From a virus (lineage: Duplodnaviria; Caudoviricetes), in the IMG/VR virus record IMGVR_UViG_3300036925_000021, positions 1 through 55,118 of that record: a DNA stretch of 55,118 nucleotides. One strand, given 5' to 3'. The notes beneath the pieces were generated by a model. It worked only from the letters and a program-made list of their open reading frames with translations. It was not told where the DNA came from and made no database searches. This document shows, one piece after another, positions 35,917-45,029 of the stretch. A program made the translations under genes and the position numbers. The first letter of the stretch is position 1. The number at the start of each line of letters is the position of its first letter.

Positions 35917-36698
35917 CGAAGGCATCCGACAACGAAGCGTTCGCCAGCGGGGTGCAGGACTGGCTCCGCGCCGGCGGTTTCTACGCCGGCAAGGTCGACG
36001 GCTGGGCCGGCAGCGCAACCCGGGCGGCCTGGGATCTCGCGACGGGCGCGCCGCCCTTCGATCGGAGCCTGCGCCTGCCGCCCGACCAGTACATTCCAGG
36101 CCCGGAAACGAAGTCGTTGATCGTCCTCCACCACACCGCCGGCGCCAGCGCCGAGTCGACCTTCCGCTGGTGGGCGACGACGGCAGAGCGGATCGGCGTC
36201 GCCTTCATCGTGCGCCGCGATGGCGCGATCCTAGAGGTGATGCCCCCGGAGGCCTGGGCCTACCACCTCGGCCTGCGCGGGACCGGCGGCCGGGTGGACC
36301 GCCGCTCGATTGGAATCGAGATGGCCTGCGAGGGCGGGCTGATCCGCGGCCCGGCGACGCGCCCCGGACAGCGGGTGGGCTGGTACGCCTTCGGCGTCGT
36401 CGCGGAGCGGACGGAGTACCGCGGCCCGGTGGTGCCTGCCCCGCAGGGCTACCGCGGCTACGACGCCTTTGCGGCCTACACGCCGGCGCAGCTGGCTAGC
36501 GCTATCCACCTGGTGGACCACCTCTGCAACCGGTTCAGCATTCCGCGGCAGACCCCCGCCGACTTCGTTTTCGACGCCGCCTTGCTCGACTACGTCGGCG
36601 TCGTTGGCCATCATCATCTGCGCGCCGACAAGAGCGACCTCCATCCCGGCTTCGACTGGCCGGCGCTCCTGCAGGGTGCCAACCTGGAGGAGATGTGA
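35913..36698 (+). CDS. endolysin, N-acetylmuramoyl-L-alanine amidase (Amidase_2) with N-terminal PG-binding segment
   Basis: FYAGKVDGWAG..T; IVLHHTAG, AYHLG, SIGIEM, VVGHH..KSD. Confidence 0.9.
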   Translation: MTKASDNEAFASGVQDWLRAGGFYAGKVDGWAGSATRAAWDLATGAPPFDRSLRLPPDQYIPGPETKSLIVLHHTAGASAESTFRWWATTAERIGVAFIVRRDGAILEVMPPEAWAYHLGLRGTGGRVDRRSIGIEMACEGGLIRGPATRPGQRVGWYAFGVVAERTEYRGPVVPAPQGYRGYDAFAAYTPAQLASAIHLVDHLCNRFSIPRQTPADFVFDAALLDYVGVVGHHHLRADKSDLHPGFDWPALLQGANLEEM

Positions 36699-37678
36699 TG
36701 CCCTTCTTCCGCCCTACCGCCCTTGCGTTGGCCGAGATCTCCGCGGCCGAGTACTTCGACGATATCGGGGCCGCCCTGCGCAACACCAAGGCGGCTTTGG
36801 GTGAGTTCGATGTGGTCCACAGCAACCGCGGCAGCGAGTGCGAGTACTCGATCCTCCGTGTCGCCGGCGGCGGCCCCTTTGGCCCGGACCCCGGGCAGGT
36901 CCTCGTCTTCCGCGGAACGGAGCCGACCAACCTTTGCGACTGGATGACCGACGCCCGGATCTACCGACGCCGCTGGGCCGGCACCGGCCGGGTCCACCGC
37001 GGCTTTGCCGACGAGGTGGACGCGGAGCTCCCCCGCATCCGCGCGGCGCTGCGGCCGAACCTGCCGGTGTTCTCCACCGGCCACTCCAAGGGCGCCGGCG
37101 ACGCGACCTATGCGACCGCCTGGCAGCTACGGAGCGGCTACGAGGTGGCCGGGCTTTACACGTACGGCTCGCCCCGCGTCTTCAATCGCCGTGGTGCCGA
37201 AGCCCTGGACGCAGCGCTGGGGGATCGATTCTGGCGCGTCGTCAACAACAACGACATCGTGACGCGGGTGCCGGTAACGGCGATCTGGCGCGGCTACTGG
37301 CACGCCGGACGCCTTGCCTACATCGAGGCGGACGGTGCGCTCGTCTTCGAGCCGAGCCGCTGGCGGCGCTTCCGCGATCGGGTGCGCGGGAGGATGCAGG
37401 CGCTGCGCGGTGGCGAGCCGACCGTGGCGGAGGTGCCCGGCCTGCCGGGCAAGGTGGTCAAGCGGCTGGAGGCCGCGGGGCATGCGAAGCTGTCGCAGAT
37501 CCTGAGCGTCTCCGTCGCCGAACTGGCGGCCAGCGTGGTGGGGCTCGGCCCCGCCGGCGCCGCGGCGATCGCGGCCTGGGCCGTCCATCGCTCGCAGGGT
37601 TGGCATCTGGCCGCCGGCGCCTTCGATGGCACCGCGGACCACTCGATCACCCGCTACGTGGGTGCCCTGCGCTCCTAA
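36698..37678 (+). CDS. class-3 lipase with inserted HhH domain
   Basis: VFRGTE, VHRGF, TGHSKGA nucleophile, YTYGSPRV, NNNDIVTRVP, DHSI; insert at about 37415-37579. Confidence 0.9.
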   Translation: MPFFRPTALALAEISAAEYFDDIGAALRNTKAALGEFDVVHSNRGSECEYSILRVAGGGPFGPDPGQVLVFRGTEPTNLCDWMTDARIYRRRWAGTGRVHRGFADEVDAELPRIRAALRPNLPVFSTGHSKGAGDATYATAWQLRSGYEVAGLYTYGSPRVFNRRGAEALDAALGDRFWRVVNNNDIVTRVPVTAIWRGYWHAGRLAYIEADGALVFEPSRWRRFRDRVRGRMQALRGGEPTVAEVPGLPGKVVKRLEAAGHAKLSQILSVSVAELAASVVGLGPAGAAAIAAWAVHRSQGWHLAAGAFDGTADHSITRYVGALRS

Positions 37679-37712
37679 AAAAAGCCCCCCGCCGCGGAGT
37701 GCGACGGGGGGG
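37677..37712 (-). terminator. intrinsic terminator between convergent operons
   Basis: A7 run then ccccccg...cggggggg stem; U-tract on the minus strand. Confidence 0.65.
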
Positions 37713-37754
37713 GTCGGGAGGTGGCGCCGGCAAGGCGCCCGCAGCAGCTCTTGG

Positions 37755-38204
37755 CTAGGCGCCCGAGGTAAAGGTCGAGCTACCGCTGGTCGACCTGCAG
37801 CTGTCGCCGGTCGGATCGCTCGATGCCGAGCAGGTGCAGCGCGAGGCCTCCCACGTGATCCGCTGGGGCAGCGGGCTCAGAAACGTGCAGCTCACGGTCC
37901 CCGAGGCGTTGTCGGAATCCGCCGGCGTGCAGGTCCCCGAGCCGGTGAAGCGCCAGAAGGCCGCGGCCGTCCCCTCGGTGGGAAGGGAGTAGTTGGCGTC
38001 GCAGGTCACGGAGCCGTCCGCGTTGCTGACGCACCCGGCCGCCACGACCCGCGCGCCAACCGTCTGCGGCGCGGGGTTCGTGCACATCGGCACCTCCGTC
38101 GGGGAGTTGCCCCCCCGCACCTCGTCTCCGATTTGGCAGCCCCACACGCAAGCGGTGCAGAGCACGAGGGCGACCAGGGCCGCCCGGCTCAGAAGTCTGT
38201 TCAT
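37755..38204 (-). CDS. Cys-rich lipoprotein
   Basis: signal peptide with VWGC lipobox-like site; 8 further Cys. Confidence 0.72.
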   Translation of the reverse strand: MNRLLSRAALVALVLCTACVWGCQIGDEVRGGNSPTEVPMCTNPAPQTVGARVVAAGCVSNADGSVTCDANYSLPTEGTAAAFWRFTGSGTCTPADSDNASGTVSCTFLSPLPQRITWEASRCTCSASSDPTGDSCRSTSGSSTFTSGA

Positions 38205-38238
38205 CAGGGTGTCTCCTTCCATGGTTCGTTTTCGCCCC

Positions 38239-39000
38239 CTACCGGAGGGCGCGGTGGTCGTAGTACGCCTCGATGCGCAGGCGCGCGTCGCCGATGATCG
38301 GTGTCATCTGCGCTGCTGGCGCCCCGCCACGAGCGTAGCTCAGGAGGCGCGCCAGCGCGACGTCCACGGTGGCCAGAGTCTCCTGGCACGCCACGTCCTC
38401 CTCGACGATGGCCGGTGCCCCGAGGAGCGCGCGCGGCTCGGCAAGCGCCGCCTTGTCCTCCAACGGGGCACCGTCGAGGAGGGCTGTGGCGCGATCGTTG
38501 GCGACCCCCATCCGGGTGACGAGGCTCGGTGCGTATTGTCGCAGAGCCCCCATCAGGTCGGGTCGATCGGCGAGCGCCGGCGCGATCACCAGGTAGCCCC
38601 AGGTGCCGACCGTCTCCCCGCCTCGGTCCACCCAGCGGCGCCGGTCGCGCATCACATGCACGACATCCGGCTGGGCGCCGTCGCGCGGATCGATCTGCGA
38701 GGGAAAGGCGGTGACCAGGGTTCCGGCGGTGAGAGCGCGTCCCCGAGCTGCGGCGCCGGGAGGCCACCGCAGGATCACCGCGGGGTCGGATGCGGGGCGG
38801 GATACCAGGGACACGCAGAGCGCCCAGTCGCCCCCTTCGGGATGCGGCGCGGGCTCCATGACGGTGAAGCACCGGACGGCGCCCAGTTCGCCGACGATCG
38901 AGTGACCGGCGGCGCGGAGCCGCTCGAACAACTGCGCCTGCGCGGGCAGCGCGGCGATGGCGACGAGCAGCAGCATGCAGGAAAGCAACCTTCTCTTCAT
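38239..39000 (-). CDS. secreted protein
   Basis: MKRRLLSCMLLLVAIAALPAQA signal; AAGGAGG RBS; TAGAAT -10 upstream. Confidence 0.75.
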   Translation of the reverse strand: MKRRLLSCMLLLVAIAALPAQAQLFERLRAAGHSIVGELGAVRCFTVMEPAPHPEGGDWALCVSLVSRPASDPAVILRWPPGAAARGRALTAGTLVTAFPSQIDPRDGAQPDVVHVMRDRRRWVDRGGETVGTWGYLVIAPALADRPDLMGALRQYAPSLVTRMGVANDRATALLDGAPLEDKAALAEPRALLGAPAIVEEDVACQETLATVDVALARLLSYARGGAPAAQMTPIIGDARLRIEAYYDHRALR

Positions 39001-39291
39001 GGGGTGTTCCTCCTTTTCGATGGTTCGCGTGATTCTACACCTGCGCCTAGTTGCGCATGGTAGACGGGATGGAGCGGCCCGTGGCCCGGGAGCGAAGGCC
39101 GGCATGGATGATCCGGCCATCGCTCCCCGGCGCCAGGAAGTACTCCGGCACCCACCTGGCCACCGCGTCGCCGAACAGCGGCAGGCTACGGCCCGTGGCG
39201 CCCGTGAGGGCTGGGGTCAGTGGATCATCCATGCCGCAGCGCGCGGCCCGAATCCGTGGCTTGCGGAAAAGCCAGACGAGGGCGGCGCGCA

Positions 39292-39645
39292 CTAGCTGCG
39301 CTCCGCCTGGTAGGCGAGGCGGATAATCGCGACGGCTCCCCGAAGGTCCGCCCAGCGGCCCAGGGGATCTCTCGCTGCCCGCTCCGCGAGCAGGGTCTCC
39401 GCGGCGCGGAGCGCATCCGAGATGGAGTCGCCGCCGCCCCCCACGGCCCGCTCGGCCTCTCGGAAAAGCCGGGCCGCCTGGAACATCGCCGGCGTCCATT
39501 CGGCCTCCGGCGGCTCCTCCTCCTCCTCGCCGCCCATGCGCTGAAGGCGCTCCTCGGCCTCAATGGCGCGAGCGAGCGAGCATCCCTCTGCGCTCCCTGG
39601 ATCGACGCCGGCGGCGCGGATCATCTCTTTTGTTGCGTAATCCAT
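39292..39645 (-). CDS. hypothetical acidic protein
   Basis: AGGGAG RBS; helical composition. Confidence 0.6.
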   Translation of the reverse strand: MDYATKEMIRAAGVDPGSAEGCSLARAIEAEERLQRMGGEEEEEPPEAEWTPAMFQAARLFREAERAVGGGGDSISDALRAAETLLAERAARDPLGRWADLRGAVAIIRLAYQAERS

Positions 39646-39656
39646 GTCGGCTCTCC

Positions 39657-40043
39657 CTACGGAAGACGGAGGGTGTGCCCGCACCAGCTGCAGGCCCCCA
39701 GGAGTTGGTCGGGATGGGCCGCGCGCCGGGTGAGGCCAGCGAGAGCGCGGCGCGCCCGGCTCGGTACTGGCGTCAACGAAACGACGCCACCACAGATGGT
39801 GCAGGCGGCCTCGCGGGGCGGACGGCTTGCCGAGACGGCCCGCTCAAGTGCGAGCCCTCGCTCGCTCCGCAAGCGGCTACGCCAGCGCAGCGCCCGCAGG
39901 CGCGCCCCCATTCGGCGCATGGCGCGCTGGTGATACCTGGCGCCGCCGGCGGCGCCATGAATCCGGCGGCGTTGGTACATCGCCTGGTGATGGTGAAGCC
40001 GGCGCCGCGCCCACCATGCCCAGGTCCTTTCCAGTAGGTGCAT
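39657..40043 (-). CDS. basic protein with Zn ribbon (start uncertain)
   Basis: CTICGG and CSWCGH. Confidence 0.5.
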   Translation of the reverse strand: MHLLERTWAWWARRRLHHHQAMYQRRRIHGAAGGARYHQRAMRRMGARLRALRWRSRLRSERGLALERAVSASRPPREAACTICGGVVSLTPVPSRARRALAGLTRRAAHPDQLLGACSWCGHTLRLP

Positions 40044-40200
40044 ATACCCCTCCCCTGGGTAATCGGGCGCCGGCGAGGCGCAACGGGCCGGGCACGCCCC
40101 GGCCCCCTTGAGGCCCCCCTTTGGTGGAGCGCGCCTCGCGGCGCCCGCGGAGGCCCGCCCCCCCTCAGGGGGCGGCGGGCTACCGTAGGCGTCGCGACGC

Positions 40201-40959
40201 TTACGCCGCGGCGCTGCTTGCGGCCACGGCCGCGGCCGTGGCGGCCTTCCTCGGGGCGGCCTTCTTCGCGGCGGCCTTCTTCGCGGCGGCCTTCTTCGGG
40301 GCGGCCTTCTTCGCGGCGGCCTTCTTCGCGGCGGCCTTCTTCGGGGCGGCCTTCTTCGCGGCGGCCTTCTTCGGGGCGGCCTCGCTCATGAAGGTGAGGC
40401 AGCGAGCCTGCAGGGCCTTCGGGGGGGTCGGCATCGGCTTGCCCTGCCGGCTCCGCTTCGCCGGCCACACGGCGATCGAGGATCGCTTCGGCCGCTTGCC
40501 CCTGGGAAGCAGCTCGTTGATCGCGCGCACCCGCTCCTCGGTGCCCATGCCCACGGATGCCATCCATTGGCAAAGGCCGCCGACGTCGACGCCCTCGATC
40601 TCGAACGTGTTGTTGGGGCTGGGGTTGGTGGTCTCGGCCCCGCTGAGCTTCTTCTGTCGGGCGGTCTTCGTCTTCGTAGCCATGGTGAATCTCCCAATGT
40701 GTTCGGGCGTCACGAGCCAGAAGTCTGACTCCGTCCGCCCCTCGGTTTCCAACCAGTACGCCTCGCGGCGCACGATCGCGCCGCTTTCGATGTCCCTGAA
40801 GCCTGACACCCTTCCGCCATAGATCTCGGCGTGAGTGCCACGAATGAACCGCAGGCTGGCGCGCGCCGCGCCCTGCGGCTCCTCGATGAGAATCGAGCGA
40901 CCGTCCCGCGCCGGGGGGCGCGGTGCAAGCTCGTCCAGCTTCTTCTTCCTGCCGGTCAT
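40201..40959 (-). CDS. protein with histone H1-like C-terminal (A/P)KKAA repeats; possible internal start at 40683
   Basis: nine 5-aa repeats; ATGA overlap with the upstream gene; GGAGA RBS before MATKTK. Confidence 0.75.
   Translation of the reverse strand: MTGRKKKLDELAPRPPARDGRSILIEEPQGAARASLRFIRGTHAEIYGGRVSGFRDIESGAIVRREAYWLETEGRTESDFWLVTPEHIGRFTMATKTKTARQKKLSGAETTNPSPNNTFEIEGVDVGGLCQWMASVGMGTEERVRAINELLPRGKRPKRSSIAVWPAKRSRQGKPMPTPPKALQARCLTFMSEAAPKKAAAKKAAPKKAAAKKAAAKKAAPKKAAAKKAAAKKAAPRKAATAAAVAASSAAA
40241..40381. repeat. 15-bp coding tandem repeat, about 9.4 copies
   Basis: unit gcggccttcttcg(c/g)g. Confidence 0.95.
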
Positions 40960-41141
40960 CCGCGCGCGTCCCGCTTCGCGACGAGGGCGCGAAGAACTCT
41001 CAGCTCGTCGTCGTAGTCGGCGTCGCCCCCGCCCATCTCCTGAACCGCGTCGGCAAGCTTGCTCTCCAACGAGGCCAGCGCTTCGGTCGGGTGGAGATCG
41101 AGGACGATCTCGCCAAGTCCGATCCGCTCGAATCCTTGCAT
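40956..41141 (-). CDS. small acidic protein
   Basis: CCCTGGAAAGGAG RBS; first gene after promoter copy 3. Confidence 0.7.
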   Translation of the reverse strand: MQGFERIGLGEIVLDLHPTEALASLESKLADAVQEMGGGDADYDDELRVLRALVAKRDARG

Positions 41142-41196
41142 CGTGGGCTCCTTTCCAGGGAAGCAGTGGCGGGGACCATCCCCGCCCGGTACAACC

Positions 41197-41225
41197 ATTA
41201 TAAGTTATAAGGACGCCATCTGCAA
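41197..41225 (-). promoter_or_regulatory. sigma70-type promoter with palindromic operator, copy 3
   Basis: minus strand TTGCAGatggcgtccTTATAACTTATAAT (17-nt spacer). Confidence 0.85.
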
Positions 41226-42038
41226 ACCCCTGCCCGCCCACTCCCGAACGCAGGCCTCGCATGCCCGCGTTGGGGGAACGCGCCGCCTGGTGATCGGCAC
41301 CTCCCCGAAGGGCAGGCGCGCGCCACACGCCGCGGTGATCGCGCCACCCGGCTGCTGCTGCCGGACGAGCCAATGGAATCGAGCCTCGGCCACATCTGCG
41401 CCATCCGCCCAGCCCCGCGCCCACCGGTTCCGCGGGCGGGCGTTGAACCAGGCGGCGATCTGCGAGGCCCTCAGCTCGGCCTCCCTGCCGATGAGTCGCG
41501 CGATGACGTCGTCCTTGAAGGCCTGGTGGTGCGCCAGGGCGAGATCGTCGCCAACGGCCTCCGCCAGGATGGCGAGCGCCAGTTGCGCCGGTCCGGAGCC
41601 GGCGTAGCCCATCTCGAAGCCGGTCGGACTGTGATCCATGAGATCCAGCCGGGGTGGCAGGGGCCGGCTCTCGCCGGCGCGGAGGACCTCGACATCGAGG
41701 CCGCCCGTCTCGCCGCGCACCATGAGGAAAATCACCTCGCCGTGCGGCTGGGGCGCCGCGACGGGCAAGGCCCGCTCCGCGGCCTGGGCGCGACGGTGCA
41801 TGCGGTTGGCTCGCTCGATCTGATCCATGAGAAGGTGCCGAAGGTAGATCAGCTCGTTTGACCCACCTCCCACCAGGACGGCGTCGACATCGCCGACCAA
41901 CTCGGCGAACGAGACGGCATCGCCCCTCCCTGCCAGCGCCTCGCGGAGCAGCTCTAGGCCCGTCGCTTGCGCCGCCCCCTCATCCTCCGCGGCGACGGCA
42001 ACGTAGGCACCTACACGATAGACGCGCCGGCCGCTCAC
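41205..42038 (-). CDS. DUF6166-like domain protein
   Basis: HSPTGFEMGYAGSGPAQLALAIL signature; C-terminal H..ACG..CEAC. Confidence 0.75.
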   Translation of the reverse strand: MSGRRVYRVGAYVAVAAEDEGAAQATGLELLREALAGRGDAVSFAELVGDVDAVLVGGGSNELIYLRHLLMDQIERANRMHRRAQAAERALPVAAPQPHGEVIFLMVRGETGGLDVEVLRAGESRPLPPRLDLMDHSPTGFEMGYAGSGPAQLALAILAEAVGDDLALAHHQAFKDDVIARLIGREAELRASQIAAWFNARPRNRWARGWADGADVAEARFHWLVRQQQPGGAITAACGARLPFGEVPITRRRVPPTRACEACVREWAGRGLQMASL

Positions 42039-43807
42039 GACGACCCATCCTTCGCCCCCCCCTTCGCCTTCTTCGCGGTGGCCTTCGCGCCCATCTTGGC
42101 CGCGGCCTTCTTCTTCTTCTTCGCCCTCGGCGTTCCGTCCTCGTTGAGCAACGCCCAGGACCTCGGGTCCGCCAGCTCGGCGAAGGCGCCCGCGCGGATC
42201 TCCTCGGCGTCGTCCGCCTTGCCCACCATGCCGGCGAGGGCGAGAGCCTCGGCGAGCTGCAGGTGGGTATCCACCCACGAGCCGTATTTCATTCGGGCGG
42301 CGAGCACGTATTGCAGGCGCACCCAAAGCTCAACCCGGAGGGCCAGCTCGTTGTCCGCGTAGAGGGTCCAGCGCGCCATCGCCGCGCTCGTTTTCTTCTT
42401 CTTGACGTGCGCTTTGAGCGTCTTCGGGTCGAGTGCTCCGTCGAGTGCTCCATTGCCATACAGAGCGTGGACATCGGCCGACGCCCGCTCCTCCTTGTGA
42501 GACGTTCCGATCGCGGCGACGAGACGGCAGAGGGCGTCCGCCGAAGGGAGGCAGCCATCATCCTGGATCCAGCGAAGGATCGCGCTCCAAAGGCGTTCAA
42601 CAGCCAGCTTCTCGCGGCGCCGGTTCAGCGCCGCCCGGCGCTCCGGCAGCGGCGTGGGCGCCCCCTTCGGCCGAGCTGCCTTGCCGCCGCCCCGCGCTGG
42701 TGGTGCGCACCAAGTGACCTTCCCCGGCTCCTGCGGGTCAAGGGCGGCGATCGCCCCGCGGGACCCCTTGCGAACCTTCTCCACTGCGTAGCGCTCGATC
42801 GTCCTGGCCCCCGCCGGCAGACCCTCCCCGCCCCCCTGATAGGCGACGACGACGTAGACGTTGTCCGCCCCGTGGTCGGCCACGAGCTGGCGATAGCGTC
42901 GCGCCAGGAACGCCTGGCGCTTTGCCTCGTAGCAGGGGGGCCGCAGGCACAGGTCTTTCGCGCCCTCGACCTCCCACAGGTGGGGCTGTTGCGACGTCCG
43001 GGCGGGGCAGTCGCTGCAGGCCCCAGCCTCCGGGACCAGCTCCGCGTCGTCGCGCCGCCAGGGAGCCCCATCCAGGGATCGCTGGACGCGCTGCGCGATG
43101 TAGCTGCGGAGCCGCGCGACGGTGGGTATGCCGTTCCACCACTGCTCGGAGACCTCCTCCAGGAGCCGCGCCTGGACGTCGGGTTCGAGGCGCGCGACGA
43201 GCTCCAGGTGGCCAACACCCCAGCTGGCCACCTGGCCATTCTCCTGCTCGGCCGCCTCCAGCCATGCCGGCACCAGGTCGTTGAGGGCCATCCGCCGCGC
43301 CACCCAGGACTCGCTCTTGCCGATCTCGGCGGAGACGGCGGCGACGTCGCCGCCCCGCTGCTCCATGAGCAACCTGACGGCACGGGCGGAGGGGATCGGT
43401 TCCAGCCCCTCGCGCTGTAGGTTCTCGATGACGGTGATCTCCAACGCCTGCGCGTCCGTCATCGCCTCGTGGACCATGGCGGGGATGCTGGTGCGACCCG
43501 CAAGGCGCGAGGCGCGGACGCGCCGCTCCCCGGCGACGAGGAGGTACCCCACCTTTGGGGCCGGCGCCCCCTTCGGCCGCGCCACCGCGCCGCCGGGGGC
43601 GGGGGCGGGGCGAACGACCACCGGCTCGATGACACCGCTCTGCGCGATGGAAACGGCCAGCTCCGCGAGGGCGGGATCATCCTCGCGGAAGCGCCGCGTC
43701 TGGTGCGGTGAGGGGGCGATTGCCGCGAGATCCAGGTGGGGGTCGAAGCGCGGCTCCGGCGAACCGCTGGTCGTCGTCGTCTTCGAGGGGGTCTTCTTCT
43801 TGGCCAT
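42035..43807 (-). CDS. parB: ParB/RepB/Spo0J-family protein
   Basis: LAVSIAQSGVIEPVVVR, LVAGERRVRA, ENLQREGL, HTH, CSDCP..C..C. Confidence 0.9.
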   Translation of the reverse strand: MAKKKTPSKTTTTSGSPEPRFDPHLDLAAIAPSPHQTRRFREDDPALAELAVSIAQSGVIEPVVVRPAPAPGGAVARPKGAPAPKVGYLLVAGERRVRASRLAGRTSIPAMVHEAMTDAQALEITVIENLQREGLEPIPSARAVRLLMEQRGGDVAAVSAEIGKSESWVARRMALNDLVPAWLEAAEQENGQVASWGVGHLELVARLEPDVQARLLEEVSEQWWNGIPTVARLRSYIAQRVQRSLDGAPWRRDDAELVPEAGACSDCPARTSQQPHLWEVEGAKDLCLRPPCYEAKRQAFLARRYRQLVADHGADNVYVVVAYQGGGEGLPAGARTIERYAVEKVRKGSRGAIAALDPQEPGKVTWCAPPARGGGKAARPKGAPTPLPERRAALNRRREKLAVERLWSAILRWIQDDGCLPSADALCRLVAAIGTSHKEERASADVHALYGNGALDGALDPKTLKAHVKKKKTSAAMARWTLYADNELALRVELWVRLQYVLAARMKYGSWVDTHLQLAEALALAGMVGKADDAEEIRAGAFAELADPRSWALLNEDGTPRAKKKKKAAAKMGAKATAKKAKGGAKDGSS

Positions 43808-43810
43808 CGT

Positions 43811-44638
43811 TCAGCCTCCGGTTTCGGTCGGTGAAAAGAGTGAAGCCTGCAAGGGGGCATCCCCCGGCGGGGTCCGCTCCACTAGGATCGGCTCCCCGCC
43901 TTCGTCGCCGAGCATCTCGGCGGGCAGGGGCCGGAACAACCACGGCGCGAAGAGGGCGCCGTTGATCTTGGTGGCCAGCGTGCACCATGGGTTGATGTCC
44001 TGGCCGAAGAGGTTGAGGCAGTGGTTCGAGGCGGCCAGCAAGAACCGGCCCGTGCCCACGCAGGGATCGTAGACGCGGCCGGTGACCGGCGCGGAGGGGT
44101 TGATGATCATTCCAATCATCAACTGGCACATCGCCGGCGGCGTGGGGTAGAAGCCATCCAGGCTCTTGCCGGCGCCGCGGGCCTCTACGAAGAGATCCCC
44201 GAGGTAGTCGTACGGATGGAGGAGAAGCAGGTCGGCGTTGAAGGTGCGGTAGAGGAACTCCTCAGCGCCCTCGTCCAGGCCGGCCCGCTCCCGCTCGCAA
44301 CAGGCCAAGGCATGGCCGAGCCATCCGGTGAGGGCGAGGTGAGGGCCGGCGTAGAGGCGATGGCGGCTGTAGAGCTCGTCGGTGAGCTTGCCTAGCATCC
44401 GGCGCACCTCACTCGATGGTGAGGAAAAAGAGACTTGCGGGATCGCGGAGTTGACGTGCCCCGCCGCCAGCTGGTCGAGGTGGTAGCCCCAGCGGTTGCC
44501 GGTTGAGGGGATGCGCTCGTGCAGGGCGACGACGTAGGGAAGCATCCAGCCGCGGTAGGCCCAGGGCGGCACCTCGTCGCCGAGGTGCGGTAGGCGCCCC
44601 GCCTCGGCCATGAAGGCGCAGAGGTCAGGCGCTGACAT
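43811..44638 (-). CDS. N-6 DNA methylase-like protein lacking the NPP(Y/F) motif
   Basis: DYLGDLF, FYPTP, VYDPCVGTGRFLL, GQDIN; ORF ends before motif IV. Confidence 0.75.
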   Translation of the reverse strand: MSAPDLCAFMAEAGRLPHLGDEVPPWAYRGWMLPYVVALHERIPSTGNRWGYHLDQLAAGHVNSAIPQVSFSSPSSEVRRMLGKLTDELYSRHRLYAGPHLALTGWLGHALACCERERAGLDEGAEEFLYRTFNADLLLLHPYDYLGDLFVEARGAGKSLDGFYPTPPAMCQLMIGMIINPSAPVTGRVYDPCVGTGRFLLAASNHCLNLFGQDINPWCTLATKINGALFAPWLFRPLPAEMLGDEGGEPILVERTPPGDAPLQASLFSPTETGG

Positions 44639-45029
44639 CGAAGAGCCCCATCTGCGCGCGCGCCTCGCCGGCCTGCTCGATCGGTTTGGCCTCGACGGGG
44701 GGGACCGGCGCCGCGCCGCCTAGGTGCTCGGCCTCCCAGTGCATCCCGTCGAAGGTGATGCCCCCGGGCGCAAGAGCGCCGATGGCCAGGCCGCGGGCCA
44801 GGTGGTTGATCGCCGTAGCGGCGACGCCCTCCTTGCCGCCGCCGAACATCATCACGTCTCCGTGCTGGGCGATGTAGCGCGCGCCCTCGCGCGCCGCCTC
44901 CTGGAGCGGCGGCCAGGCGCACCGTTGAACCTGCTCGATCCAGAGGGGGACCGCCAGGGCCAGGGTCAGGCGCAGCAAGGCCGCGGAGCGCGGCTCGCCG
45001 GCGTCAGGTGAGTAGCTGTTCTCCTTCAT
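44625..45029 (-). CDS. hypothetical protein
   Basis: CCCTGGAAAGGAG RBS; protein-like ORF. Confidence 0.7.
   Translation of the reverse strand: MKENSYSPDAGEPRSAALLRLTLALAVPLWIEQVQRCAWPPLQEAAREGARYIAQHGDVMMFGGGKEGVAATAINHLARGLAIGALAPGGITFDGMHWEAEHLGGAAPVPPVEAKPIEQAGEARAQMGLFDVSA

Noticed and set aside
40241-40381. Repeat array as CRISPR or iterons
   Set aside because: Contiguous 15-bp units without spacers, in frame in a Lys/Ala coding tail
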